Shown here: positions 30,180-43,900 of the stretch, in pieces
How the letters are laid out: every line of letters begins with the position of its first letter
Position numbering within the stretch: position 1 is the stretch's first letter
Source: the human T2T-CHM13v2.0 reference genome, Homo sapiens
Direction: 5' to 3' (one strand)
Assembly: GCF_009914755.1 (NCBI RefSeq)
Contig: NC_060930.1
DNA: 64,000 nt
The notes under the pieces: generated by a model
The model's input: only the letters and a program-made list of their open reading frames with translations
The model's database searches: none
What the model was told of the DNA's origin: nothing
Program-made: the position numbers and the translations under genes

Positions 30180-30390
30180 AGCTGGAGACTGAATTCAGAC
30201 TTCTGCCATTTGCTAGCTGTATACTCTTCAGCAAGTTAACTTCTTTGAGCTTCCATCCCCATATGCTTTCCTAGATGTGAAGTGGAAAAAAGTCTCTATT
30301 TCACAGGCTTGTTAAAAGGGTAAGGTAAGTCAATGTGTGTACAGCATCTAGTATGGAGCTTTGCACATGGTAGGCACAGTGCTGGTCAAT
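30180..30390 (+). mobile_element. MIR
   Basis: ttctgccatttgctagctgt...gcaagttaacttctttgagc...gcacatggtaggcac. Confidence 0.7.
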
Positions 30391-31214
30391 ATCAGTAACT
30401 CAAATTCACAAGTTAAAATATTGAACAGTGTGAAGCCCTGCATCATACTCTCCGACAAGCAGATCATCAGGTCATGAGCCCACTAATTAGCATTCTGTGA
30501 ATCGCCTTTGATTGTTCAACACGTTTTAACCTCCCCGCCCCCATTTTATTCTTCAGCCCATGTTTCTCCATTGTGTTCAGGATACTGTAAGAGGTTATCA
30601 GGTTATCACCTACCTTAGTGAATTCCAGATGTTGTATTTAAGGACATGGGAAATTATTTGTGATGTAATATATGTAATAAGATATAGAAGTCCCTTAGAA
30701 AAGTGGGAACATTTTTCTTTCTTTAGTTTTCTGGTGTTTGAAGTGTACATGTAGTAAAATTAAAACTTAGTAAATATTTTTTAAAAATGAAGCAGATATG
30801 ACTAAAGGGAAAAAAGAACAGGGCCACACACTAGAATGTCAGCACTTACTATGGGAACACTATGGGCTACTACTGTAGTATTCCACAGTGCCAAGCACAT
30901 GGGAGGATCTCAAGAACTTGTTGACTTATTTCTTCTTTATTCAGGTACCACAGCTTGTTCTCTCTTTATTATTCCAGAGAGCACTTATGAATATGTCACT
31001 TACACCACGCTTTCTTTGAAAAATTGAAAGCAAAACATTATTTTTTTCCTTTCCTTTATGCCTATTGTAATATGCAGGGTTCACTGTTCAGCTCTCACTG
31101 CAGAAAAGCATTTGCGCTAATGCTGTACATCATTTGAATGCTTTGTGGGTTCTCATGTGTCCACCTTGGATCTTGAGCAACTTGCCTTGCTAGCATCTGC
31201 TTTCTCTCTAAGGA

Positions 31215-31460
31215 CAGAGCTGCATATGACTTTTCTGGGTCCTAGCATAGGCACTTTGCCTTCATGGGCTCCTTTCTCCATTAAAAAATTTATAGGTTAT
31301 ATTTTATTACTTCACTAGACAAATATTCTTTTTACACATTATTATATTTATTTTTCTTTTGATTTTAAAATAAATGAAAACATTTTTTGAAGGCCCTGAA
31401 AAGTATCATGGGCCATCAGCACTGTGCCTTCTATGCCTAATGGCTAAGTCACCTGGCTCA
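31215..31460. mobile_element. hAT-Tip100-like MITE (ORSL/MER91-like)
   Basis: AT-rich core ending gggccatcagcactgtgcct.ctatgcctaatggctaagtc. Confidence 0.45.
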
Positions 31461-33448
31461 GGGACTCAGGAGTGCCTGTCATGGAGGGCCTCCTCTGCAC
31501 AATGAGGTGTGCGTGATTTATGATGGCAGTGCTTCTCTGTTTTTATCCTCATTTGCTCTTAGAATATTGGATGATCATGATTATTATCTGAGAAGTAATC
31601 ACTTGAGTTTCTCCTCTTAATACATTTTCTCTTGTCCCCTTCCCAGATTATTGTTCTCTGTTAGCCTTTCTCAGATTCTTAGGACTCCTGCACTATGAAA
31701 GATGACTTTAAGGGAATTTTTTTTCAGCAACGCTTTGGACCATTTACAGATGCAACATTGTGAGACTGACTTTGGAAAGGACCTGAAGGTTAATGCTTTG
31801 CCTTCTAATGCTAGTAATGCTAGTTTTTTTTTTTTTTTTCCTTTTCTGTTTGTTTTTCTCTTTTTTTTTTAGTGTGGTGAGGTTGTTATGTTCTTTTGAT
31901 TTTTGAATGGTATCAGTCAAAAGCATTTAGGCATTGTCAGTGGTGATTTTGAAATAAAACTTATTAAAGAAAATATAATTACTGTACTTGTCATGTGCTG
32001 AGAGACAGTTTCTCTTTGTTGTTACCCTAGCTGTGTATTTCTAGGTTCTGTAAGAATAGCTCCTCTAGTTTTAAAGTGTCAGGTGGCTAGAAAGGAGTAC
32101 AGATCCTTGACAAGAAGAACATAGCAATCGAGGGAGGAAAAATGCAGAGGAGTTGGGGAGGATACAGCAATAGTGAAGGCTCAGATGCCAGAGAAAGACC
32201 AAGGAACATGGTTTATACTTGCTTCTTTAGTGTTTAAACAGATGGGCAACTCTAAAATAAAGGTCCATATGAAGCCAGAGAAAGTACATTTTAATGAAGT
32301 ACACCCTTGGAAGGGAGGAGGTCAGAGAGAAGTAATATGAGTTTTATTCCATCAATGTTGCTATAGACTAACCCAGGAGGATAGCGTTAGCATTTTGAGA
32401 GCCAGGAAAGTTGTTGGCATTTCCATTATCTTCATAAATAAGTGACTTGGAGCAGTGAAAGCATGTCTTACTAAAGGTTGTTGGGGAGGGTCAGTTTTCC
32501 AGTGCTCATATAGTTGCTGGGCTTTAGGCCAGGCCCTGATAAATGCGTGGACGGTGAAGTGGTTGGTTCACGTTTTGACTGGTTCACGCAGGATTACCAG
32601 ACAAATGGCCACCTCATCTGTCACTGGCAAAGAATTGAAATCTCACTGACTGTAACTAAATTCTCTCTCACTCAGTTTTTTCCTACTCTTGGTCCTGGTG
32701 GAATATGCTCCTTCATAATGTGGGGGAAGAACAGCTACATAAAGAATTCATTGTCTGTGACTGTTTATAGACATTTAACCCCAATGTATATTCTTGGGAG
32801 ATGTAGGCATATTCCCATGAGTGAGGAAGGCTGAGTCCAGTTAAGGTGTAAGCCCTCCCGCGTCCTGGAAAGGGTTGTCAGAGCAAACGCTGTCATATGA
32901 TACCGTCCTTGCAGCTCTTCCAGCTGAGCCATCACAAATACACGAAAATAGCTTGGATATTTGGACACATCTCCCAACTTTAAGCTATTAAGGTTTTCAA
33001 AATTCTCCAGGTCCCTTGATCCTCACTGTGACTCTGGAGTGTAAGTTTTGGATAGGCTGCTATTGGTCTGAGCCTTTCACTCAGACATGTCATTACCAGT
33101 CACAATGCTATTCTTTTCTGTGAGGCTTGTTTTTTGAATTTAAAAAGAAAATAAGCTCCTATTAGTATGGACCATATTGATAGGAATCAAAATTTCATAT
33201 TTAAAAGTTCTTTGTAACTCATGAGGGGATTACATGAACTCCCTTATTAAAGAACTTAATATATTGCAGCATGGATCCTTATGAAAAAGACAAGTTGATA
33301 ATTGCCTTGCAAAAGCTTTCTTTTCTCCTCCTTTCTAATACTCATGAAAAGTAGTGCTAGGGTTTTTCTACCTGATTTGGTCAATGCTTCCTTTATTTTT
33401 CTTCTAATTAACCAGGGACTGTAACATCATGTTTTAACCTTAATTTTG

Positions 33449-34547
33449 TTTTAAACTTTTAAGTTCAAGGGTACATGTGCAGGTTTGTTATACAAGTAAA
33501 CTCGTGTCACGGGGGTTTGTTGTACAGATTATTTTGTCACCTAGATATTAAGCCTAGTACCCATTAGTTATTTTTCTTGATCCTCTTCCTCCTTCCACCC
33601 TCCACCTCAGGTAGGCCCCAGTATCTATTGTTACCCTTTGTGTGTCCATATGTTCCCCTCCCACTTATAAGTGAGAACATGCAATATTTGGTTTTCTCCT
33701 CCTGCATTAGTTTGCTGAGGATAATGGCCGCCATCCCATCCATATTCCTGCAAAGGACATGATCTCATTCTCTTTCATGGCTGCAGAGTATTCCATGCTG
33801 TATATATACCACATTTTCTTTATCCAGTCTACCATTGAGGGACATTTAGGTTGATTCCATGTCTTTGCTATTGTGAGTGGTGCTGACATGGACATACATT
33901 TGCATGTGTCTTTATGATAGAACAATTTATATTCTGTTGGTTATATACTCAGTAATGGTATTGATGCTTTGAGTGGTAGTTCTGTTTTTAGGTCTTTGAG
34001 GAATCGCCATACTCTTTCCCACATGGTTAAACTTATTTATACTCCCACCAACAGCGTTTAAGTGTTCCTTTTTTTTTTTTACAACCTCGCCAGCAGATGT
34101 TATTTTTTGACTTTTCAATAATAGCCATTCTGATTGGTGTGAGATGGTCTCTTATTATTGTTTTAATTTGCATTTCTCTAATGATCAGTGATGCTGAGCT
34201 TTTTTTTCATATGCTTGTTGGCTGCATTTATGTCTTCTTTTGAAAAGTGTCCGTTGCCCTTTGCCCACTTTTTAATGGTGTTTTTTTTTGTTTGTTGATT
34301 TGTTTACACTCCTTGTAGATGCTGCATATTAGACCTTTGTCAGATGCATAGATTGCAACAATTTTCTTCATTCTGCAGGTTCTCTGTTTACTGTGTTGAT
34401 AGTTTCTTTTGCTGTGCAGAAGCTGTTTGGTTTAATGAGATCCCATTTGTCAATTTTTGCTTTTGTCACAATTACTTTTGGTGTCTTGGTCATGAAATCT
34501 TTGCCTGTTCCTGTGTCCACAATGGTATTGCCAAGGTTGTCTTCCAG
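33449..34547 (-). mobile_element. 5'-truncated L1PA (approx. PA13-16), ~1.1 kb, with degenerate TSD
   Basis: 3'UTR gtacatgtgcaggtttgttata.... ORF 33707-33925(-) encodes the ORF2p C-terminus (TIAKTWNQPKCPS..WIKKMWYIY). Flanks TTAACCTTAATTTTG (33434-33448) and TTAACTTGAATTTTG (34548-34562). Confidence 0.93.
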
Positions 34548-35529
34548 TTAACTTGAATTTTGGATGCTGTTTTATGACCCCAGAAAACCTGAGGTTTGCT
34601 TTTCTGCTTCATGCAAATGCTGTACTTGGTGCTAGTTAATTATAGGCCAAAATGCATATCAGGTGCTGTTATCTAAGAACCTTGGTAAATTTTGAGTAGG
34701 AAGAGGGGAATGTGCATGGAAACTGAGCTTGTAGAATCCTAGGGTCAAGAAGGTACTTTGTAGATCAACCATCCAGTTTTTCAGTTCCTTTGATAAAACC
34801 ATACTAAAGGGTCACCTGGCCCATGCTTGAATGGGGAATTCACTGTATCCCCAGAGGACCCTGACACATTTTAGCTCACTATGTAGGGGAACATTTTTCT
34901 TTCATTAGTTTTCTGGTATTTGGCCATGCCACGCCAGTCTAATTCTTTCACCATATAACAGACTACATATTCAAAGGACATTTGATGTTCCCTGCAAATC
35001 TTCTCTTCCAAATCTCATCACTAGCCTTGCTGTCTGGGTGTGTTCCAGTGTGTGTTTCAGTGTCCTCTGCACTACTTAGTGTTGCCGGTAAACCATGCAT
35101 GGGGAGAGATAATGGAATTTTTCTTTGTAATTTTGTTCATGTGCTTTTTAGGTGTACTTCATAATGGCAATAGGTTCCAAGTATTGACTATGTAATGATG
35201 GAGGTGTGCACTTTGGATGTTTTTGTAGGTCTAGGCAGAGGAATACATCTTTGAAAAGTGACCAAGTTATAAAATTTGCCTGCCTTACCTTAAAGATGTA
35301 ATTGTGTAAGAGCCTGCTAATGTGGGCAGTGGTCAGTCCTGCTAGACCAAGGAGACTGGGGCGCCATGTCAGCCCCTCCCTCTCGTGTTATACTGCCACT
35401 GTTTTGAAAGTTAACACTGGGAATTGGCAGATAAGTCATTGGTATGGGAAATAAAGGATTTTATAAACATTATAAGTGTGCTTTGGGTTCCTGGGGTTGT
35501 AGAATCAGGGAAGGGGGCTGCCTCCAAAG

Positions 35530-35680
35530 TTGATAGTGCCTCCCGGACTTGGCTGTTCATGAGAGTCACCCGGAGAACTTTGTAAACTGAAATGCATCGC
35601 CTCACTGCAGACCTATTGAGTAAACTCTGAGGGTTAGGCCCAGGAGTCTGATGATAACGCAGCAGACTAAGAACTGGTTT
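35530..35680. mobile_element. MER5-type DNA transposon remnant
   Basis: acttggctg..catgagagtcacc.ggaga.cttt...cagacctattga.taaactctg...ggcccagga. Confidence 0.6.
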
Positions 35681-36894
35681 GTAGGCGTTAAGTGGGGAAC
35701 AGGTGATGGTCCATCTTTTAGAACCACAGACTAGATAATCTTTAAGCTACTCTCTGGTTCTGAAATTACAATTTTTATATCCTTTTGATTGTTCTTTATG
35801 CTGTCTTTTTATGGTGTGTGCTTTTTATTGCCTTCTTTTTCTATTGCTGTGTTCTTTCACTTTCCTTCTGTGGTTATTGTTGGCTTGTTTTACCCATTTG
35901 AGTAACTTACTGGCTGAGTGTCCTTGAAGATTTTTCAAGCAGAGGAATGGCATGGTCACAGTTTTCATTCCTGTCGTTGCTGGCCTGTGATGACCATTTT
36001 TCCCATCTTTCTAGTGTGTCTAGAAAGAACACACTAGGTCAGAGCATCCTTTTGCTAGGGCTGCCACCTACTCCTGCCAGCCCCCTGCCTACGTGTGGGC
36101 TTGCTGAGGCATGATCTTTATGTCTCCTCCACATATCTGCCTTTTTTTTTTTTTTTTTTGGACTCCTGATCACAGCTGTCCAGGTGTTCCTTTTGAAATG
36201 GATCTGAATTTTTAATTTTAACCCAAAGAGGCCATGCCTTCTTACAACCTAGAGCCTAATTTTGGTTTATGTTAATAGAGGAACCTCCCCAGTCTTTCCA
36301 AGCCAGCTTGAAATAATAAAGGATGTCCCACTGCATCCTCCAAGAGAGACCACAAAAGGAGGACAAAGAGCCCCCATTACTCTCCATAGATAACCTATTA
36401 AAAGCTTGTATTTGATAAGGTGCCCTGTTCTGAAGGTGCCCATGTGCAGTTAGCCTCTAGCATTCATGTACATATTATCTTTGAACTGTTTCTCAGTTAG
36501 CAAATCTTTACTCAACTCAGAGCAACTGTAGGACAAGTATTTGGGATAAGGGGGACATCTTTTATGCAAATGTCAAGAGTGATTGACTTTTTTCATCTTC
36601 TTAACCCAGAGTTCCTCAACCTTATTTTCATTAGGTCCCCCTCCATGCCTCTTTAGACATACATTTTGTAATCTCCCCTTCGATTATGAAATCTTAACAC
36701 CACTGATGTACTGTATATCTGTATATATACTGTGGCCCTTTGAACAAACACAAACCATTTTAATAGCTGAGACTTTTTTTTTTTTAACACTCTTCCTCCC
36801 CCGATTAGTTTCCCTTTCCTTGGTGACTATAATGCCTCTATTGTAAATGCATGTTTTGACCCACCTGCCCAACCTTGGCCCAACTTGCATAAGG

Positions 36895-37100
36895 TATATT
36901 TAAACCAAGTGATTCTAATGTGCATCCAGGCTTAGGACCCAGTGATCTTACCCACTGTTTCCAAAACCTGGCTTGATCATAAGAATTAACTGGGAACATT
37001 TGTTAAGCAATCATATTCCCAAACCCTTGTGCCTGGAGATTATGCACTAAGAATTCTTATGCTTAACAGTTGCCTCAGTAATTCTTAAAATGTGGCAGAT
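36895..37100. mobile_element. MER5-type fragments
   Basis: gtgattctaatgtgcatccagg; cactgtttccaaaacctggc..gatcataagaatta.ctggg. Confidence 0.55.
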
Positions 37101-39099
37101 TTGGTTCTTTCTCTTCTGACCCAAAAGCTGCTCTCTCTGCCCATTTTCCAGCCTAGAGGTTGTGAGGGTGGGGAATGAAGTTGCTTACAAAGCATAGATA
37201 TACTCTAAATATCCTGAGTTGGAACTTAAAATGAAATCGAATAAACACTTCCACAAAAAAAAAAAAAAAACAGTTGAAGTAGTGTCATGTTACTTCACTA
37301 GACAACTAGCATTGAATATCTATTGAGTAGAACTGTGGCGGGTATTCTGAGGGATGCCTTAGTGTGTATAATATGGTTTATTACTACAGGGGGCTCATTA
37401 ATCTCTTGAAGGAGCAGAGGCAAAATGCGTTGGAGAATCACCTTAATTTTTTCCAGGTAATTGGGTAAAGGCCTCAGAGAGGTCGTGGCATTTGAGGATG
37501 AATAAAATGCTGCTAGCTGGGGAAAGGTTGTTAGGAACAGGAAAGGCATAATGAATAGTGAATGATTCACTGGTGCCAGAACATGGGGTGCATGGGCCTG
37601 TGGGTGTGGGAAATGGAGTCAGAAAGGCCATGGATATTTGTGGGGCAGAAGTTAGAAAGGACACTGGACTGGAAGCCAGAGAGGTTTGTTGAAGGTGTGG
37701 CTCTGATACCTTCCATGCCTTGTCTTTCAAAGTTCAATTTGTGATAATGATTGCTCACTGGGCAGTTGTGTTGCTAGTGTAAGATATGAGCAAGCATTTT
37801 ATAAGCTCTCAAAACCTACAAAAATGTTGATGGTGTTATTATTATGTGCCAGGTCATGAGGGCCCTGAATGTGAAACTGAGGAGCTTGTGCTTTGTTCTA
37901 TAACTAGTGGATAGCTATTGGAAAGCTTTGAGAAGACCTGTTTATGCTGCATTAGGGGCTGAGCAGACTTTTATAGGCTTACTTAAAGACTTAATCACAA
38001 TCTGTAATGGTCCTATGCATGTGGAAGTGCATTCTGAGCTTCTAGCTCTGACCTAGAAATGGATGTTTGGAATAGAACCCATTGGAGAGTTGGAGGCCCT
38101 TAGTTCAAAGGCCAAAAAAAAAAAAAAAAGAAACATGGGTAATTTGTCTTATCAGCTTTCCTTTATTTTCATAATTAGAGAATCACAGGCTGTTGATGTT
38201 GGAAAGGAGCACAGAGATCTAGTTGAGTTCATTTGCCATCTTAGGTGCTCAAAGCTTTGCTGTTAGTTATTCACAGGGCTAGGACCTGGGAGCCCTGTCA
38301 CAGGGCAGCACCCATCTGGTTCTGAGCCAGGCAGGCTGATGCCGGAGGGGCTGGCCTAGCCAGGCTTGTCTCCGTTTTCCAATATGTACAGCTGTTTCTC
38401 CTGGGCAGGATCTAGGCCTCCTCTCTCACCCTGTGTTCCTTTTGTGCACAGTTTAGGTCCACCCTTCATTCAGTGTTGACTGACTTTGCAGTAAGATGCT
38501 GAGCCTCCCTGAACTCCTTCCATTCCTTTCATGTATGTTTTAGCTCACTTGTTGCTTTGTTTTTGATGATTAGTATGAAAAACATTTCTTTAAATTTACA
38601 TGCTATGTTTGGATAGTAGCTTGAATACTTGGTAGATTGGATTGCTGGACTTGTTAATCAGTCCTGAGACCCTTTAGACATTTGGTCCCTGCAGTCTGTT
38701 GATTTCTGCTATAATATCTTTTTGTTTGTGGTCCTTCTCTGTTTTTGAAAATGAAAGAAGTCTTAAAAGTTGGCATGATTCTTGTTTAGCACTTAGCCTC
38801 ATCCTACCAGTACACTCCAAGGGCAACAAGGTGTTATCATTAGATCTAATATTTTTGCTCTTGAAAAGCTTTAGTAACTTGGATATATAGGAAGATGTGG
38901 TATGTGGTGGTTTAATAGTAATAATTAAGGCTAACATATATTAAGCATTTCTCATATGCCACACACTATTCTGAAAACCTGTATTTACTGTATTAAGTAA
39001 CTTGTATGAGGTCACACAAACAGCCAGTAAACTGTTGGGGAGTTGGGATTATGGAGCTTGGGCTCCACAGTGCACCTTCTTTGCCTTGCTCTTTATAGT

Positions 39100-39310
39100 A
39101 GACATACTGGGACTTTGAACATGAGTCTGAATCCTGGCACAGACACATCTATGTAATCTGGACCCAGGCAGGTAATCTCTCTGTGCTTCAGTTGGACCAT
39201 TTGTGAAATCAAAGTAACTGCCTGGCTCAGGGTTGTTTTTAGGATTAAATGAGATTATGTATGTAGAGTGCCTGGCCTAATGTCTGGCACTTGAGAGGCA
39301 TTTCTCATTA
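39100..39310 (+). mobile_element. MIR
   Basis: ctctctgtgcttcagtt...agggttgtttttaggattaaatgagat. Confidence 0.75.
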
Positions 39311-40710
39311 TTTTAGAGATGTTCTTGTAAAAAGTAGTGTTGTAAAGTTTTTGAAATTAGACTTTGAAAACCTGTCTAGTAATAAATCATTTTAATGTTA
39401 AATTGCTCTCACTCACGCATATGAGATGTTCTTCATTAAAGGAAATCTTTGATGAGTTGTGGGCCTGGAATACCAGGCTGTGGAAAGTGCTTTCCAGAGA
39501 GAAAAGGGGCCCATGGTACCAGAACATGGTCTCTCCCTGGTTGGTGCTAATGATACGACATAGTGAGTCATGACACGGGTGATCTTGTTTCCTTTTATTA
39601 TACAAATCTGGGTAAAAAATTGGACTCTCAGCTAGGAGTAGGAACTTGGGGAAGTGGTAGCAAAGAAGCTATTGGTACCACTGAGCTACCTCAGAAAATT
39701 GTCCTGGGAGCTTACCGAGAACGGATTGTGCCCTTTGGTCTGAACACCTGGGAGCTGTTGCTTGCTTCCTGGTGCAGGAATGCTGTTGCTCTTACACTTT
39801 ACTTTGGGATTATGATTGGGAGTTTCCTGTAGAATTCCTGCATTCCTCTTTTCTTGAATATTCTTTTTGATTGCATGTCACAAAGAGAGGTTTCTGACTC
39901 AGAGAACTCTTGAGGTGATGTGCTGAACAAGGTACTCACTAGATAGTGTTTCTGCAGAGGAACCAGCTGGTCAGCAAATACAAGCACACTGTATTTTAAG
40001 AGCTGAGCTGCAATGAAAGAACTGTCCTTAGATGCTGTGGTAGTGAGATGGCTCACTGGGTGGCCTGCGGGCCACTACCCAACATTTCTGCACATTCTTA
40101 TATTAGACGAAGGCCAGGAGTGTTAGTTCCACATCTTACGTAGGTTGTTGGTAAACAGTAAAAATAAAATGTAAAGACTGTCTGTCAAAAGGAGCAGTTT
40201 TTAAAGAAGTGGCTCTGAAGGAGCTTTGCCTTTTCTTGTCAGAAAGAAAGCAGACTTGTTAGATGTTAACATCTAATCAGATGTAACTTCAGGACATAGG
40301 AGTTGAGTAGACTTTGTTGGATACTAATGGTCTGCCTTGTTCCTTAAACAGTAGGGGAATTAAAAAACTTTGCAATTAGGCCTTGTCTTTGTGGTTCTTC
40401 ATCTGGATTAATATTAGAATTTAATATTTAAGTTCTGTTTGTGGAGCCAAAATGTGGTGATCAGCATGAGATCTGTTTCGTGTTTGCATAACTGTTTGTG
40501 AGTTGCTAGGGAATATACTCTCAGTTTTTTCCATCTTGCCTTTTTACTTAACTGTTTTGGTAAACCAGTAGGAAACTTTGTGAATGTAGTATGTGTGAGA
40601 AGTTTAAATGTTAGAGAGGATTTATTTTCAGGGTGCAAGACTGCCTCTTACAGGAGCTGTAAACACTTTGGAATGTAAACCTATCTGGTTGGAGAGGAAC
40701 CCTTATACAA

Positions 40711-40998
40711 TTAGGTTGGTTAGGTTGGTGCAAAAGTAATTACGGTTTTTGCCATTATCTTCAATGGCATTATTCAATAATGCCATTATTGCAATTAAAA
40801 TTGTGTGATTTTATTATGTTGGTGCAAAAGTAATTATGGTTTTTGCCATTATCTTCAATGGCATTATTATTGAATAATAGTTATTATAATTTTATATATA
40901 TATATAATATATAGTTATTATTGAATAATGCCATTGAAGATAGTGGCAAAAACTGTAATTACTTTTGCACCAACATAATAAAATCACACAATTTTAAT
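40711..40998. mobile_element. Rearranged MADE1 (Hsmar1-derived MITE) locus: three TIR copies forming direct and inverted repeats
   Basis: TTAGGTTGGTGCAAAAGTAATT-type TIR at ~40720 and ~40814 (+) and ending ~40978 (-). Confidence 0.92.
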
Positions 40999-43900
40999 CT
41001 TAAATTTTGATTGTGGAAATACCACAATATATGTTTTAGCTTATGTATATTTAGAATATGTTAGAAGATGTTTTGAGGCAAGTTAAGCCCTTCTCCACTA
41101 TTAAATTCTACAATGGTTATAATTGGATCATTGTATTTCTGAATACCTGAAATCTGGTTAGGGCCTAACAGTCTGAACAAACGGCATTACATAGTCAATC
41201 CAGTTCACATGACTTCTTTGTAAATGCAAAAAGCCAAGTTGCATATTTAAATTGTTTGGAATCCTGTGGGATTTCAGTATGTATGCATCTGATATTTGGG
41301 TTATTTGTTCTCTTAGTATTTGCGATATTCTATTGCTTGACCATACCCTCCCGCCCCTTTTGGAAAAGTGCTTTGGCATTCCTTGAAACAAACTTTCCAG
41401 AATAAATATAGCAATATCATGGTTACCATTGCTGGGCTTAATCCATCTTGCAGTTTGTTAAGAGATGAATTCTTGGCTGCAATAAATTGTATTAACTGGT
41501 TAGTCAGGTCCCTCCCTGACCCTTCAAGATCTCCTGATAATGGTTTAAAACAGTTAGGTCATCTTCAGCATTACTTAGAGTAAGAGATAAAGTCCTTTTC
41601 TTTCCTCCATTACTTACAATTTGTATGCACTCAAAGTGCCATTAAATGTTGCCTTAGAGAGTTATGGGCCATTCTTGAGTGATTGTAATCTGTCAACTCA
41701 GATTAATTTTTGAAGTACTATGTCAATGCCTGAGTCTTCCATTTCTTGCTTGCTGTCCAGAAACATCAAACCTTGGCTAGGGGTGGTATCGACGTATTTG
41801 CTTAAGGAGATTAAAAACATTAACTAAGGTATTCTCTCATGGATAATAGGTAATCCTAAAGTATTCTGTTGTCCATGATCAGGACTTATCAGTGTTGCCT
41901 ATGTGAGTTTTTTCTTTGCTCGGCCTGTCACTTCAGAAGGTACTCTGAGTGCTGATTTTAATGTTGGTGTATTTGCTGAGAAAATTCAGAAAGAATCTTC
42001 CTAACGCAGTTCCTCTGAACAACCCATTCTTACTTGATGCCTCATAGGAATCTTTGATCCTATTGGTATGATGTGACTGACCATAAAATCGCCTAATTGA
42101 CTTTTGTTTTTTTCTCGGAAGAAGCATAACAGATAAGGTTTATGATGACAAGAGCCATTTGTTATCCTTTTATGGCAGTTTGTGCCTCATTATGATTTTC
42201 ATTTTCTACCTTGTATTTTAATTATTGATCCACCTCTCCTGTGTCATTTCCTGGATGTCCTTTAGGAATAAAGACTACTTTTTATTTGAAATCTCTTCCA
42301 TTTTCAAACCTTGCACATAGTTGGCATAGTATGTATGTGGTGCTTGTTGTTGCTATTAGTTTGGATAAATTGTATTGAATCCACGGCACAATGCCCACTA
42401 AACAAAATTTTATTCCATTTGAGTCATGTAATGCTTTCCTGAGTACAATGTGTGAAAAATGCAACCTTATTGAAAATCGCACATCAAAATATAAAAAACA
42501 CTGTAATAAACTTTATTGGATATCTGTTTGACTGCTTTTTGAAAGAACCTTTTTCTTTTCTGTATGTAAACAGATTATATCCCCCTCTTTTCAAGTTTTA
42601 CTTGATGATACATTTGGTTAAAATGTGCAGGAAAAACAACCCTTTCTAGATGAGTAGAATCTTTGATTTTCTGTCGTACAAAACATCAATACCAAGAAGT
42701 TGAATGATCCTCTGTCATCTGGCCTAAGTTCCTTTTTTTCTCAGCAGATTTACCTTTTTAAAACAGTTTTTCTCCCTAAAATTTCTATTACATTTTTTAA
42801 TAAAATAGGACTTATACTGTACATATATACAATTTTACATTTCTTTTTTCCCTTAACCCTAAAACATAGTGTTTATTATATTATTAAATATTCTCCAGAA
42901 ACATGATTTTTAATGGCCATATAATAGTTCATTGTATGCATTTGCCATCCTGTGTTTAATCATTCCCCTATTGTTAGTTTCAGTTCGATATCTTTTTTCT
43001 CTCCTCATAGTTGATCTTTCCCTCTGAGGTACCAACCCTGCTTGGTCCAGCTCTCATCAGTTCTCCATCTGCACCATCAGTCTGGTCCTCCCATGTCAAC
43101 AGCTCATCCCTTCAGTCAAGTTACCAGTAAAGTAATGCTGTCCTGATCCATTTTGCTTTTAGTAAAAGCTTCTTTTCTCCAAGTGATTGCAGTTGCCACT
43201 ACCAGTCTGATCCACCCTTCTGATCATAGCACAATACAGAAAACATGCCTGGTTTCTTGGTTTTCAAAGTGATTCACCCTTGAGCTATTTTAATTATGGG
43301 GGGCAACCTTGGGGCATTTATATCTTTGTTTAGGATCATTAATGGTGACAGCTTAATAATGCATGAAAGCACCTTGGAAACATTAAAATATACCAGCAAA
43401 TGAGAGGATAAAGGTATTAGGGGAGGCCAGAAAAATTAGAAAGATAAATATTTTGAACAAAATAAATGTAAGCATCTTTATTATAAATGCTCAAGCACAC
43501 ACATGCTAACACTCAGTGGAAACTAATTTGCTTCTCTGAAATTTGGTCATGCAAGGAAAGGAGTCAGCACTCTTTCCTTTGTTGCATAAAGAAAAGGGTA
43601 CTTGTGCCTCTGAAACATGAACCTATTAAAAATTATATTTTAGAGCAGGAGAGGCCTTTTTTCCCCCTGTGATCTCTTTCATGTATTTGTCTTCTGGGCA
43701 AATAGATGGGCAGGGAGAAATATCTCTTCAGATTATAGAATAAATGGTTAGTTTTATTTAGAGATTGAACCCTTTATCTTATTTCATATTTATTGTCTAT
43801 CACCTGGCCTATTAGTACATGAATATAAACTATTTTGTCAATCAGTATTTCAAATTCTTAAGTATTTGTGATTCTCTGGAATTCCATTCTGTGTCTATGA

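Noticed and set aside
30920-30950. Recursive splice site candidate (pyrimidine tract-CAG|GTACCA)
   Set aside because: The regenerated donor is weak compared with the GTAAG/GTGAG consensus of validated recursive sites.
33707-33925. ORF with L1 ORF2p similarity as a functional protein
   Set aside because: Fragment of a truncated, mutated L1PA.
40711-40998. CRISPR-like repeat/spacer array
   Set aside because: Eukaryotic DNA; the repeats are MADE1 terminal inverted repeats in mixed orientation, with no cas genes.
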